From Leucoraja ocellata (Eukaryota), in NCBI GenBank assembly GCA_036785375.1, contig JAWMAR010000384.1, positions 1,054,001-1,118,000 of the forward strand: a DNA stretch of 64,000 nucleotides, given 5' to 3'. Both the position numbers and the translations under genes were made by a program. The notes beneath the pieces are model-generated. The model was not told where the DNA came from. It ran no database searches and worked only from the letters and a program-made list of their open reading frames with translations. Positions 38,676-50,870 of the stretch are shown in pieces; position 1 is the first letter of the stretch; each line of letters opens with the position of its first letter.

Positions 38676-41600
38676 TTTTAAAGAGTTGTGAAGGAGTATT
38701 TCCATAATATGACTTTTCGATGATGGAAGGTGTGCCAGAGGTAACAAGCACAGAACAGAAAAGAGAGCAGAAGCAACTGAAGGTTGGCTGTCCTAAATGT
38801 GTTCTGATTTGGTCCTTTTCATTGAGATCATGGCTAATTTACCATGGCACCATTTTCCTGCACGGTCCCATATCCCTTGATTCTCTTATCATCAGGAAAT
38901 CTATCTCTGTTTCGAATGAACCGGATTACTGAGCCTCCCCCGCCTTCCGGGCTAGAGAAATAAAACCAGCCACCCTCATATTCTGAGACTGTAACCCAGG
39001 ATCTACATTCCTCAGTCAGGGGGAAACATCCTTCCTGAGTCTTGTTCATGGAATCCTACATGAATTATGTACATTTCAATCGATTTAATAAATGCAGTCC
39101 CAGTCTACTCCATCTCGCCTCATGCAAACATTCTGTCTTCTCTTCAACTGGTGGAATAAATCTTGCTTGTAATCCCACTATGGAAAGTATATATTTTTCT
39201 TTAGGTAAAGATATCAAAGGTCATGTCCAAGTTGTACATGTTAAACAAAAGGTGGGTTAGAAGGAATGGACTAGCAGAACAATAGCATAATCAGAGCAAT
39301 TATGGTCTGAAATTATTGGATTCTATTTGAGTCTAGTACCTAATCAAAACATGTAATTACTTAGACTTTTGGTGCCTTCAAGATCAATAAGATTGCAACG
39401 GTAATTTAAAATGAGAATCAAATGGACTCATGGTTACACTGGCAGTTGAATGGAGGTGTTCCACAGTGTGAGTACTTGTCTGTGTTTTGTTTCTCTGTCC
39501 CTGAGGTGGAAATGGTAGTGCAGCAGTTAAATTATGGGGCTGGTAATTCAGACGACAGGATCAAGAATCCACTCTAAATCCCAATCTAGAATTTCAATTC
39601 AATTCATAATCTGGAATTTTGAAAATAACTTAATATCATAAAAATCTTTCTGATTCGTCTGTATCATCTGAATTGGCCATGCCTGCCACACGGTTCAAGG
39701 GCAAAATAAAATAGGAAACAACTACCATCTTTGCCAGCAGGCCCCTAGTAAAAATCATCAAAAATACAAGTCTACCCACATAAAATAGTACAATGTGTGG
39801 ATTTTCATGGAGTGTGTAGGGCCAGGGGTAGTGAAGTAAAGGGATGGCTGTTGTGCCATCTCTGGTATAGAAAGGTGACTTTTGAAGCAGAAGTAATTGA
39901 AGTGTTGGCCAAGGTATTACTGAGGGAATGGTCGACAATAAAGGATACTTTGACCGTTGACTTTCACAATGCTTAAAAAGAGGGTGAGGAGCAGATGTGT
40001 TTTGGATCATACTTAAGGCCTCCTATGTACGTGCCCTGCTTTGTGTGCAACTGTCTTGAAATATATGGTTTTCATGTTCTGGATGTGATTTATGTGCATC
40101 TCTTATGGAGTATCCTTACATGCAGTTTGTGCATGATTTTAACTCAAATGCATGTTCTTGAATTCTGACCTTATTTGGCTCATCCATACTTCATATCTAC
40201 ATGTACAAATTGTGCTTGTAAATCCAAAGTGTATTTATACTGTGTACATGTGCATGCATGTTGGGTATCCATGAGTATGTGTGCTTGTACAATGCATGTT
40301 CAGATCTCATTTTCTCAGGCATGTGTTTTAGTTTTATCTCATGTTTCTGCTTCTATATCATTTACATTATTGATATGGATACAATTAGGCCTTAGTCTCT
40401 GTCCATATTGTCTGTTTTGTCTATTTCCTTTGGTGCACTTGGTATGCATGTGTTGTTACTGCCTGTTCAGTTAGACGCATCAGTTTTGTGTATTCCCCGC
40501 TAGTTTTTCTGTGCTTGTAATTTGTATACGTGGACGAAGGAGGATTAAAGAGAAGTTGATTTTTACAATCCCCTTTTAGATTTCAGAGCAGCGCACACGA
40601 CATGTTACAGCCAGCGGGGTCGGTTTGAGGTGCATTGTTGCATAGTGGTAAATGCAGATGTCTGCAAATGTTCCCTATTACACAAGTCACAGCTAGATTT
40701 TCATGTTTCTGTCTTTCATCCCCCAAATGTCATGCACTCTGAGTGTGCATTCAATTTGTTTGTAAATTCTTCACTGTGTTTACAAATGTGTTGTACACCA
40801 CAAGACATTTTTCAACTATTTATTTATATGTGAATGTTGATGCAGTTTGGTATGTCTAACAGTTACAAGCAAAAGAAAATTGGGGCTGGATTTTGCCTGT
40901 GGCCCCACGCCAGTTGTCCTGGGACCCCACGTAAGTTTGGCAACTTTTCGAAATGTGTCATAAATCCCACATAGCGTCCAGCAGTGGAGCAGCAACTAGC
41001 CAGTGTTTGCACTATAGAATCTGCTCTCGGATCCTGTGCCAGTTTAGACCTAGAACAGGATTAAAGAGTTTTTTTCATCTAAATGGAGATTTTTGGCTGT
41101 GGGGAAGAAATATAAAGATAGGTTGATTATTTTGCAATTTGTCCATGAGTATTGTCTCCTTAACATAGCAGAATCATGTGGCCACATCTACCTGCTTTAC
41201 TGGACTAACAGTAATATTTATAACTGCCTTAATGCTCTAAAAATAGTAACAAACATAAATAATTTTAAGACTTTTAAAAATGTAATTGTTTGTCAATGAC
41301 GGGGATAATTGGAGGCATTAAAAGTATTGACAGCTTTGACGGATGGCGGAGTGGGATTGTGGAGTTGTGTGGCTCTTCCAAGCATCATGGGGTTCCAGAG
41401 GAGTTTTGTGGATGGGTTTGTTCTTACTTACCCATCTCACCTGGCTAGGTCATTGAGGCCCATGGGTCCACAAGTACAATTCCCACAATCACACCAAACT
41501 ACCATACCTAATGAGTGTTGTAAAAGCTTGAAGATGACTTTAGAAAGTAAGAATGGAAAGCACCATTATTTTTGTGTAGAGAACATTGCTAAGTTACACA

Positions 41601-42549
41601 GGCCAGTGTGAAATTATACAACCCATGTAAATGGACTTGAAAGATGCTGGTGAACCATGGATGCTTATGAAGATCTTTCAGCAGCTAACATTTATTTATT
41701 GCATTAAAATAACTACTGAGAACCGTTTCTCTGCTTAAAGAAATAATTCAACTAGACTGTTTTTAAACCAATGAACATTAAATTAATGCTGAAGTGCAAA
41801 CGGCAGTTGTAAGGGATGTAAGTAATGGCCCTGAATGCAGATTAAAACCATTCAATTTGGTAGTTATGCTTTTGCAATGACAAATGCTTGGTGTAAAACC
41901 TTGACACGGCTAACGTGGATAAGTTAGAATAGTGATGGGAACCATTCCAATGTTTTGGGTAAAGTACCTTGGTTCAGTATGTTAAGCACATGTGACTGTC
42001 AAGGGAGGTAGGCATTTATTTTCTAAGACTAATTTATGTTCCCTCTTGTGTAGTAGCTGGGTTGATCTCTGTTTTGAACGTAATCAACGGCTGAACCTCC
42101 TTAGCCATGGTTGAGAATTCAAGACTCGCCACTATAAGTGAACAGATTTTCATTTTGATTCAAAATGACCTACCCTTTATTGACAGGTGGACATTTATGC
42201 TGGTGGACATCTGGGTTAGCTTTACCTTACTGATCTGTACTTGTGGTTGAGGCACATTCGATGTTATATCAATGTTCTTGAGGTGGATGTATAGTTTTAA
42301 CTTGCAGATCTATGACTATATAATACATAGAGGATGCAATCTGTGTGGAGATGACATCTGAAAGAGCATCAACCTCATTTTTCAGTACATGCATCTTTCC
42401 TGTGTAGGTTTCCTAGTGGAACTGCTGCTTGTGAAATCAGCTGTTTCATTGTTTTCCAGCTTGCAATTTTAAATGTCTGTACATGCATGAAAATGGACAT
42501 ATGCACCTCTCATTTATATAACAGCCAAGTATTTATATGGCATTAGAGA

Positions 42550-42680
42550 TACTAGGAAATGTAGATACTGGAATCTTGAGCAAAACACAAAGTGCTGGAT
42601 TAACTCGGTGGGTCAGGCAGCATCCGTGAGAAAATGGACAGGTAACGTTTCATGGCAGGATCCACTTCTGATGCATCTTC
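42550..42680 (-). mobile_element. Penelope-like terminal repeat fragment
   Basis: cacaaagtgctggattaactcggtgggtcaggcagcatc...aacgtttc. Further degraded copies lie near 18670-19250, 20260-20345, 31975-32170, 32515-32635, 43010-43080, 46100-46330 and 62245-62310. Confidence 0.55.
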
Positions 42681-43849
42681 TTACAACCAATCCAATCCAT
42701 TTTCATGGCAGTCTCACTTTCTAGTGTGTGTGGATAATCTTGTGCGTATGCATTCTGAAAGAGGCTTATCCTCTTGGGGATGGTATCAACTTGACCTGAA
42801 TGCTCATACTCTTCAGAGCTCTGTTCCATGCGTCTCTTCACAGAGTAAGTGGCCTATTACTATGCAAATGTTTAGCATTATTGTAAGTTTCTCATTCTCA
42901 TATTTCTTTGTAGGAGTCCATTGACCATGCCAGCTTGTCCTCCCCATTCCCTGATTGATTATCCTGTAACATTCTCCCATCAGCTCCCCCTTTTTTGGCC
43001 ATCCACTTTCACCAGCTGACCTGCTAAATTTTCTCCGCATTTTCTGGTTTTATTTCAGGTTTCCTGAATCTGCAGGATTTCTCTTAGCCGTAGTAATACT
43101 AGTTAACATAACTATGCCTCTTTAAAGAGAACTCGTGATGTCAAAAGTCACTCTTGCCAATCAAAGGAAATATTGGTCCCTTTTAGTGGTGGTTCAAGTA
43201 CTTAAAAGCTGATTGTGGAAACTATATTCCCGTCGCAACAACTCATTGGCCTCAATATTCACCAATAAATAAAACCGCACAGCTCCTTCTCGAAGGCTGA
43301 GTATCAATCAGCAAGTTCCTCCAAGGGCCGATAAGGAAAGCAGCGGGTTCTCCACAGGAACCAGGAAGTGACTGGCAGGGAATAAAATATTTAAAATATT
43401 ACGCCGTTTCTCCACCGGGAACAAGCGTGCCCGCCGCCTTTTACATACAAATGTCAAACATAAGTCGATATTACTTCCCGCAATTGTGTTACGTTATCAC
43501 CAACTTGCATGCATTTCTTTTTGTAGGGTCTTAAATCCGTTCTTTACTTTGGAGTTACGTAAACTGGATGCAATGCACTCAACTTAATACTTAATGCACT
43601 CAACCTCTAAGTGTAAATTTGTCTCAAATCTTTAACATAAACTATTGATCTGTCTCGTGGTTTTACTATTATTTTCTTACAACGAGGACGTCATTTTGTT
43701 GATTATTGAAACTGGAAGAGCGAGAGCAATCGGTGCAATTTAAAATGCTTCCTGCTTCAAGAACAAAGTGGTTCTTGCTCTCAGCTGTAGTATTGGTGAT
43801 CACCAGCTGATGGCACTGAGGAACTGTAGCACAAGGCTCCCGCTGAGTG

Positions 43850-44125
43850 TATGCGGGCGGGGGAGCTAAACATGTCTTGGGGTGAAAGTGATTACACCAA
43901 CCGCTTGGGACACACATATAAAGAGGTTTACAACTCATCTGTAGCTTCCAGCATAAATGTTTTGCGAGAGCATACACAGAGCATAATTTGCAAACATCTG
44001 TTCAAAGGTGAAAGATGATAATTAAAAAAAGGACCATGGCGGAGGGTGATTGTCCCTTGGTAAATTGGAGCTGCGGATCCCAGATCGGATGGTGAGCAGG
44101 AGTTGGGGCACCGAGCGCGTTGGTG
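43850..44125 (+). promoter_or_regulatory. Putative second promoter and first exon upstream of TOP3B
   Basis: GC box GGGCGGGG 43855-43862, TATAAAGA 43917-43924, ACCATGGCGG (ATG 44036), donor-like TTG|GTGAGT at 44122/44123, and a CpG-enriched patch. Confidence 0.35.
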
Positions 44126-44405
44126 AGTGAGCCCAGGGATTTTCGGATGTGATAGAGGTGGGTGGGGCCGAAGAGATCCTTGGTGAGCGAGGACAAACTG
44201 CTCCGAGACATTTTATTATGTAACAATTTATCTGTTGTGTTGCAAACATTGGAAATGCCAGTTAACGTGTTCCCCGTCGGTCAGATCAAAGGGTCAGATC
44301 TTGCAGTGCATCACACATTTCTATTGAATTCCCACGGTGTAAAAACAGACTGAGTAGAACGTAGAATCAAGGGCCATACTCAGCATAAGGGACAATCCAT
44401 TTGAG

Positions 44406-44493
44406 GTAGACAAAAGTGCTGGAGAAACTCAGCGGGTGAAGCAGCATCTATGAAGCTAAGGAAATAGGCAACATTTCGGGCCGAAACCCTTCT
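44406..44493 (-). mobile_element. Short Penelope-like terminal repeat fragment
   Basis: TSD TCCATTTGAG at 44396-44405 and 44494-44503. Same subfamily as the 8.9-kb copy (gggtttcggcccgaaa). Confidence 0.75.
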
Positions 44494-44984
44494 TCCATTT
44501 GAGATTGAGGTCAAGGAAGAATTTCTATGAGTCCCTAGAATCTATTCTCCAAGAGAACTGAGGCCATTGAACTATGAAGTATAATCAAAGCTGAGGCAGA
44601 ACTACAGGAAGGTCAAAAATTCGTTGAACAGGCAGGAGACTCTAGATTATCCCAAATCCAAATCAATCCAGACAATAGTGAATGGTGGAGCAGTCTGGAG
44701 GGATCAAATTTGGAAGAGTTCCTCGTGTTGTAGATCATGGAGGTCACTTATTTTCTTATGGAGCTCTGCGTAAGACATACAGCACACAAAAGGCTGGTCC
44801 TTATGTGGTTAGAGTTTGGCAAATCATACCTTTGGTGCAGGAAATAGTGGCAGACATCTGTGGAGTGCCTTAGGGTATCCCAAAGGAGCTTTAGGTCCTT
44901 GCACCTAAAGTGAGAGAGGGCCAAGTTGCAATTAGAAGAGCCACAGATGGGGAGACCCACCTTCAACTTCCTCACCATATAATA

Positions 44985-45450
44985 GTCAGTCCTGTAATGG
45001 GTCAACCAGGACTGCATGCAATACTCCAAATGCAGTCGAACCAGTCTTATTGAGCTGCATCAAGATTTCCTGACTCTTATACTCAATGCCCCAAACAATA
45101 CCATACACCTTCTTTACCACCCTATCTACTTGCGCTGCCACCTTCAGTGAGCTACGAACTTGAACTCCAAGATCCCCTACCACTGACGTGGGGCTCACTG
45201 ACCTATAATTCCCTGGATTCTCTCTATTTCTTAAACAAAAAAACAAACAACATTGGCCATTCTCCAGTCCTCTGGGACCTTTACTGTGTTTGGAGAAGAG
45301 ACAAAGATCCTTGTCAGGGTCCCCATATTCTCATCTCTTGCCTCCCTCAATAATGTGGGGTTGATTGCATCAGGCCCTGGGGACATCCACCTTAATGCTC
45401 TGCTAGAGCCTCAGCACCATCACCATCTCAACCTCAAACTGCCCTAGCAT
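44985..45450 (-). mobile_element. CR1-like LINE fragments
   Basis: Minus ORF RENPGNYRSVSPTSVVG-DLGVQVRSSLKVAAQVDRVVKK. Confidence 0.75.
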
Positions 45451-45559
45451 ATTTGTATTCTCCATATTGATCTCGCTGTCCTCCAACTCCTTCTATGCTC
45501 CTCATAATTTTGTATACCACTGTAATATTCTGCCTCGGCTTCCATCTTCAATAGCCTAC

Positions 45560-45742
45560 ACAGGGGGAGGGGGAGAGGAGGAGAGGAGGAGGGGGGGAGG
45601 AGGAGGAGGAGGGGGTTGCCCTGACAACGACGGGGTCCTCCATCAGCCCAGCAATCGGAAGTTGTACACATGCGCCGGAAGTGTCGGTGATGTAGCAGCG
45701 ACGGTTGTTCGAGCGTGAGGCCGATGTGCGCCGGCTGGGGAG
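45560..45742 (+). promoter_or_regulatory. CpG-rich TOP3B proximal promoter/5' UTR
   Basis: Local CpG enrichment. ETS/GABP-type CGGAAGT (45656-45662) and CCGGAAGTG (45675-45683), X-box-like GTTGCCCTGACAAC (45615-45628), and a pure purine tract at 45562-45615, all directly upstream of the ATG. Confidence 0.7.
45562..45615. repeat. 54-nt pure purine (GGA/G-run) tract
   Basis: Only A and G on the + strand. Confidence 0.9.
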
Positions 45743-45812
45743 ATGAAGACGGTGCTGATGGTGGCGGAGAAGCCGTCCCTTGCTCAATCCATTGCCAAGA
45801 TCCTGTCGCGGG
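45743..45812 (+). CDS. TOP3B: TOP3B first coding exon
   Basis: ATG at 45743. MKTVLMVAEKPSLAQSIAKILSR(G) contains the TOPRIM AEKPS motif. Donor GG|gtaagt, 70 nt. Confidence 0.97.
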
Positions 45813-46839
45813 GTAAGTGAACCGCAGTCTGAAGGAGGCTTGTAATTGCATCCAGATATGGCTGGTCCCGATCAACCCAGTTTAAAATCAGGCAAATGAT
45901 GCTCGCTGAGCAGGGGCCGTCTGCGGTTCTTCACAAGCGTGAAGGAAGAAGTGAGACCGGTTCCATAGAAATTCAATAAACTTTTTTGAAAAGTTAAAGG
46001 GTTCTGCAACTTTGCAAATCTTTTATAAATACAGAACATACCGGAAACACCCGTGACGGCACCTGTCAATTTCCCTCCATAGATTTTCTCAAGGAGTTTG
46101 TGCTCTGATTTTCTCCAGGAGTTCGTGTTTTGTTCAAGTTTCCAGCATCTGCATTCCGTTGTGTCTGTGGAAACATTCAACTTGTCAGGCAGCATTTGTG
46201 CAAAATAAAAAAACCTGACAAAGAGTCCCTGATCTAAAACATTAACTGTTTCTCTTGCCACAGATGCTGCCTGACCTTCTGCCTGTTACCAGCATTTTCT
46301 TTTTTTTTGTATTTCTGGTTTCCGATATCTGACGGGTTTTTTTTCTCCATTTACAAAGTGTGGTCCCAATATAAATCATAGAATAAGAGCACAGAAGGAG
46401 GCCATTCAGTCCAAGTCTGCCAGTTCTTTCAGAATCTAAAATCGGGTAGTCAAGTTTGTGTTTTCTTTCCCCCATTCTTTCCTAGTGCTGCCGTCTTTTT
46501 CTCCATGGGGTACTTAACTCTTTTTTTTTTTGCTTTAATAGACAAGCACATTTGTAACGTTTATTCTATCGTTCTTTTGACAAGTCACTTTAGATCTATT
46601 CCTAATGATTGGCATAATTGCATTTGCTCCCATTAAACCTGGCATCATTGTAAATAGTTCTAACACATTTCCTCTTGGTTTCCTCTTTTGCAGGGAAAAT
46701 AATATCAGGTTTTGTAGTCCATCTACTATCTTTAACCCTTGTGTGCTGGAACTGTGTTTTAAAATTTGCTGTGATCCCTGAATTGGATACCAAACTTGGA
46801 GTAGAACAAGTGTTGTATTACTTAGTGTAGCTTTCTAGA

Positions 46840-47330
46840 ATTTAATTCCGTTTATTGTCAGATGTACCGAGGTACAGTGAAAAGCTTTTTTGTTCTGTGC
46901 TATCCATTCAACATGATTACAATCAAGCCGTCCACATCTATGGATGTGCACAAATATGGAATTACAGGAATAATGTTTAGTGCAAAGTAAAAATAGTCTG
47001 AGGGTCTCCAATAAGGTAGATGGTAGCTGAGGACCACTCTCTACTTGGTGATATGATGATACAATTGCCCGATGACTGCTGGGAAGAAACTGTCCCAGAA
47101 TCGGGAGGTATGCGTTTTCACACCTGCACCTTTTGCCAGAGGGGAGACGAGGAAGTGTTCGGCCTGAGACTGGTCCTCGATTATGCTGGTGGCCGTGCTG
47201 AGGCAGCGTGAAGTGTGACGGAGTCAATGGTAGGAAGGAAGGTTGGCATGATGGTCTGGGCTGCGTCCACAATTCTCTGCAATTTCTTGCAATCTTGGAT
47301 GGAGCTGTTCCATAAATGAGAATTTCTACT
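46840..47330 (-). mobile_element. Rex1/Babar-like LINE 3' part
   Basis: tttattgtcagatgtaccgaggtacagtgaaaagc end, shared with 26035-26240. Related short 3' ends near 16520-16740, 20500-20610, 25290-25480 and 27735-27860. Confidence 0.65.
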
Positions 47331-48620
47331 CCATGCATCTATTTACAAATACCTATTAACCACATCTTTTTGAAACCTTTATCTATAAGCCTACCACCTT
47401 CAAAGATTATTCACATGTTCTACCAGATCTCTCTGTTCTTGCATTCCATTAGAAAATGTATTATTAGCTGCTTTTCTTTGGATTGGATTGTATGAAATTT
47501 CATATATCAAGCAATCTCCTATCCTCCATTGTCATTTTGATCTTTTTCTATTTTCCTCTCTATAGTATACGTCCAAATATGTTGCCTGTAAATTTTGAAA
47601 TTGAATTTTGCACCACCCCTTAATTTTAAAGTCAAGACACTAACCCATTGTGGTCATTGTACAGAATCAGAGAGAACTGAATTATATACCGTAGCTATGG
47701 ACAATTTTTTGGAAAAAACAGCTGTGCCTGGCAATTTTTTAACAACAATTCCTGCTTTTTGTGCATAGTCAAACCTCTTTTGTAAATTTGGATGTAATGT
47801 CAGGCTTTGGTGAAATCATATGTTGAATGTTGAGTGCAGTTTTTGTTTCCTTGCCTACATAAGCATATGTTAATTTATGAGAGATTTTTAAGATAGATTT
47901 TTGGAGATTTGTTGGAATAGGTCTATATTCTCCAGAACTTTGAGACTGAGGAATAAAATTTGTAGATTGTTTGATGGGGTAGATGCTGAAAGGGTTTTTC
48001 CCCGCATGGACACAGGTCGGTCAGTCAGTCCACCACATCCCCGCTGATCTTTGGGTACCAACCCATATGAAACCCATCCTTCAGTACTAGGCTCATGGCC
48101 TTCTATATTTCAGCAATGCCTCTGCTTGTTCTTAAATCCTGTCAGCATCTCTGTCTCCACCATTCTTTCTGGCCTTTCAATGCAAATATTCACCACTCTC
48201 AAGTTCCCACTAAGGTCACTAACCCAGGGCAGATCTGTAATATCGTATTATTCTCAATGTATTTAAATAAGTGAAGTCATGATCTCTCTCTGACTTGTAA
48301 ATTTTTATCTTTGAAATCATTAGTCCAGACCTATAAATTGACTACCATAACCACAGTGCAACCACTCCTGTTTCAAATCTATTGATTTCTATTTTAGATG
48401 CATGTTTTTTTCATGGCTGCAATTCATAGCTCACATCACGCGGCAGTCATTAGATTGATAATTATTACATATCCTTAATTGTAAAAAAAAGCTTTGTAAA
48501 TTATTAAATTTGAATCTGGAGCTGGAATACTCATTGTAGAAACTATGTGTTTGCCTTCTGTTCCACAAAGAAAAGTTGTGGAAGAAAGTTGAACTTTTTT
48601 TTCTTATGCTTTCCATTCAG

Positions 48621-48752
48621 GTAACTTGAACTCCCGGAAAGGTTTGAATGGAGTATGCTCCGTGCACGAGTACACCGGGACCTTCCTGCGGCAGAATGTC
48701 CGATTCAAGGTGACGTCAGTCTGCGGTCATGTGATGACCTTGGATTTCATAG
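48621..48752 (+). CDS. TOP3B: TOP3B coding exon 2
   Basis: cattcag|GT...ATAG|gtaatc. 132 nt, NLNSRKGLNGVCSVHEYTGTFLRQNVRFKVTSVCGHVMTLDFI. Confidence 0.97.
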
Positions 48753-48999
48753 GTAATCTGGATCCTGGTGGAACTTTTACTTAGCAGAGATGTGAATTAT
48801 TGTCCAATGAATGAGGATACTGGACATTGCCAGTTTTAGTCTTCAAATGAGTATTCCTCAATTTTTATAAAATTATCGCAGAATTTGCAGATAGGGCTAG
48901 GAATTAAAAACCTACTCCTTTGTTTTATGAGGCCAAGGGTTAGAGTGTGCAGTCCCTGAATTGATCATATCCATGCAAAAGTAAATCTAGCTTCAAAAG

Positions 49000-49200
49000 A
49001 AGATACAAAATGCAGGATTAACAGTGGGTCAAGCAGCATCTCTCGTGAACATGGATAGGATTCTTTGATGTCAACCAACATCTATAGTTCCCTGTTTTTA
49101 GAAGGGTCCCAAAATGTCACCTGTCCATGTTCTCCAGACCTGCTGCTAGACCCACTGAGTTACTCCAGCATTTTATATAAACCAGCATCTGCAGTTCCTT
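49000..49200. mobile_element. Rearranged fold-back Penelope-like insertion
   Basis: Minus arm, then a duplicated tail, then a plus arm starting gaagggtcccaaaatgtcacc. Confidence 0.55.
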
Positions 49201-49350
49201 TTTATGATAAATGTAATTTCATTTGATCAAGTAAATCCATCAGTGCCTGAATTCTTGGTTTTAGCTCAATTTTTTCCTGAAGGTTTCAATTAAATTTCCT
49301 ACTTCGTCAGCCCTATGATAAAAGTCTTTTTTGCCTACTTCTCCAATATT

Positions 49351-49655
49351 TAATAATAATAATAATAATAATAATTTAATTTATAGAGCACTTTAAAAAC
49401 AAACATAGCTGCAACAAAGTGCTGTACATCACTAATCATTGACAAAAAAGTTAATACACACCAAAAATAACAATCAAAAGAAATAGTAGGAAAAGACATG
49501 TAAAATAAAGAAACATCAAAAACACCACAAACAGAAGCAAAGCCTCAGGCATGGTCAAAAGCCAGGGAATACAAATGCGTTTTAACACTGGATTTGAAGA
49601 TGGACAGTGAGGGGGCCTGTCTGATGTGCAGCGGCAGGGAGTTCCAGAGTGCCGG
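49351..49655 (-). mobile_element. L2-like LINE 3' end with (TAA)8 tail
   Basis: (taa)8 at 49351-49374, then tttatagagcacttt...caaagtgctgtaca...ggcagggagttccagag. Confidence 0.55.
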
Positions 49656-50722
49656 AATTATAATTACTAAATTATTTTAGTAAGTAACAATCAAACGTTT
49701 TGAAAAAATAATGAGAAAAGTGAAGTATCTTTTTCATACTGTCTTCTGTCAGCAGTGCTCTGGAAATTAGTGTCAAATTCAAACCCCAGAATCATCCTGG
49801 TCTGTTGATACTCCCATCAACTTGGGTGTGCCTGCCTGCTGATGTTGTTTCACGAATCACGATCTGAAGTTGAATAGATTTAATCCATCATTCAGATTGT
49901 AGCATTACATTATTATATTAGTGAAAGTCATGCAGTTGTTAACAGCTAATTTGGCATGAAAACAAGTTACATTTTGCCAGTGAGAAAATGCCTTGTGATT
50001 TTATACAACCCCTTTGCCTTGCCTGATACCGAGTTGGCTTTTTTCAGTATGTGATACGGTAAAGTGTCACGCTTGGAAATTTCATAGACCAATTAAGATC
50101 AACCATGTTGTTGAGGATTTGGTATCGCATGAAGACTGGTTAGGTAAAGATGGCACATTTACTTCCCTGAAGAAGAAAAAAAGCACCATAAACCAATCAA
50201 GTAGCTTTTTAACTTTTTATTTCATGCTTATTAACAGAATTTAAATTCTACATCTGCCATGCTGGAATTTAAACGTGTCTGTTAGTGATTTATTTAAACC
50301 TTTAGATTACTAATTCTGTATCATAACCACTGTGCTCCTCTATCGAGTGCCTTTATTTAGTTTGTTACAATCTGAACAAAATAGCCAATACACCCGTAAC
50401 ATCTGTTTCAAATTTATAATCTAATTCTAATTCAAAACCCAGCTCATTAATGATGCATATGGTAAGTTTAAGAATTGCAGATTTGCAACTGGAAAAATAT
50501 ATAATTTGCGGAAGGACATACCTTTGCATTGATGCGACTTGTTTTTAGCATTGCGAATATACCTTGGCCATTGCAATCTATCGACAGGTGAGGTCTGGAA
50601 CAGCTTAGGACAACAGGAAGTAAATATATCTTTGTCTGGCATTGTTGTTTTCAATACTCTGACAATGGGATTGTGGGGATTGCTTCAGCAAGAACTTATA
50701 ACATCATGTTTTCATTTTTCAG

Positions 50723-50829
50723 GAAAATATAATAATTGGGACAAAGTTGATCCAGCAGAGCTTTTCAGCAAAGCACCAACAGAAAAGAAGGAAGCTAACC
50801 CCAAACTCAATATGGTGAAGTTTTTACAG
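50723..50829 (+). CDS. TOP3B: TOP3B coding exon 3
   Basis: ttttcag|GA...CAG|gtgcca. 107 nt, KYNNWDKVDPAELFSKAPTEKKEANPKLNMVKFLQ. Confidence 0.97.
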
Positions 50830-50870
50830 GTGCCAAAGCCGTTAGTCTGGATTTAAAATGGTTACATGTA

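Noticed and set aside
38241-38747. 168-aa minus-strand ORF
   Set aside because: It runs through a Penelope-like repeat and has no recognisable domain, so it is likely a chance ORF.
43981-44060. Octamer-like ATTTGCAA plus ATG as an immunoglobulin light-chain promoter/leader (TOP3B neighbours IGL in mammals)
   Set aside because: The octamer is imperfect, the peptide is not a hydrophobic leader, and no V exon or RSS was found.
45444-45875. 143-aa antisense ORF over TOP3B exon 1, suggesting a bidirectional gene
   Set aside because: It is explained by GC-rich, low-complexity sequence (poly-Pro/Ser/Leu from the purine tract). No homology or splice structure was recognised.
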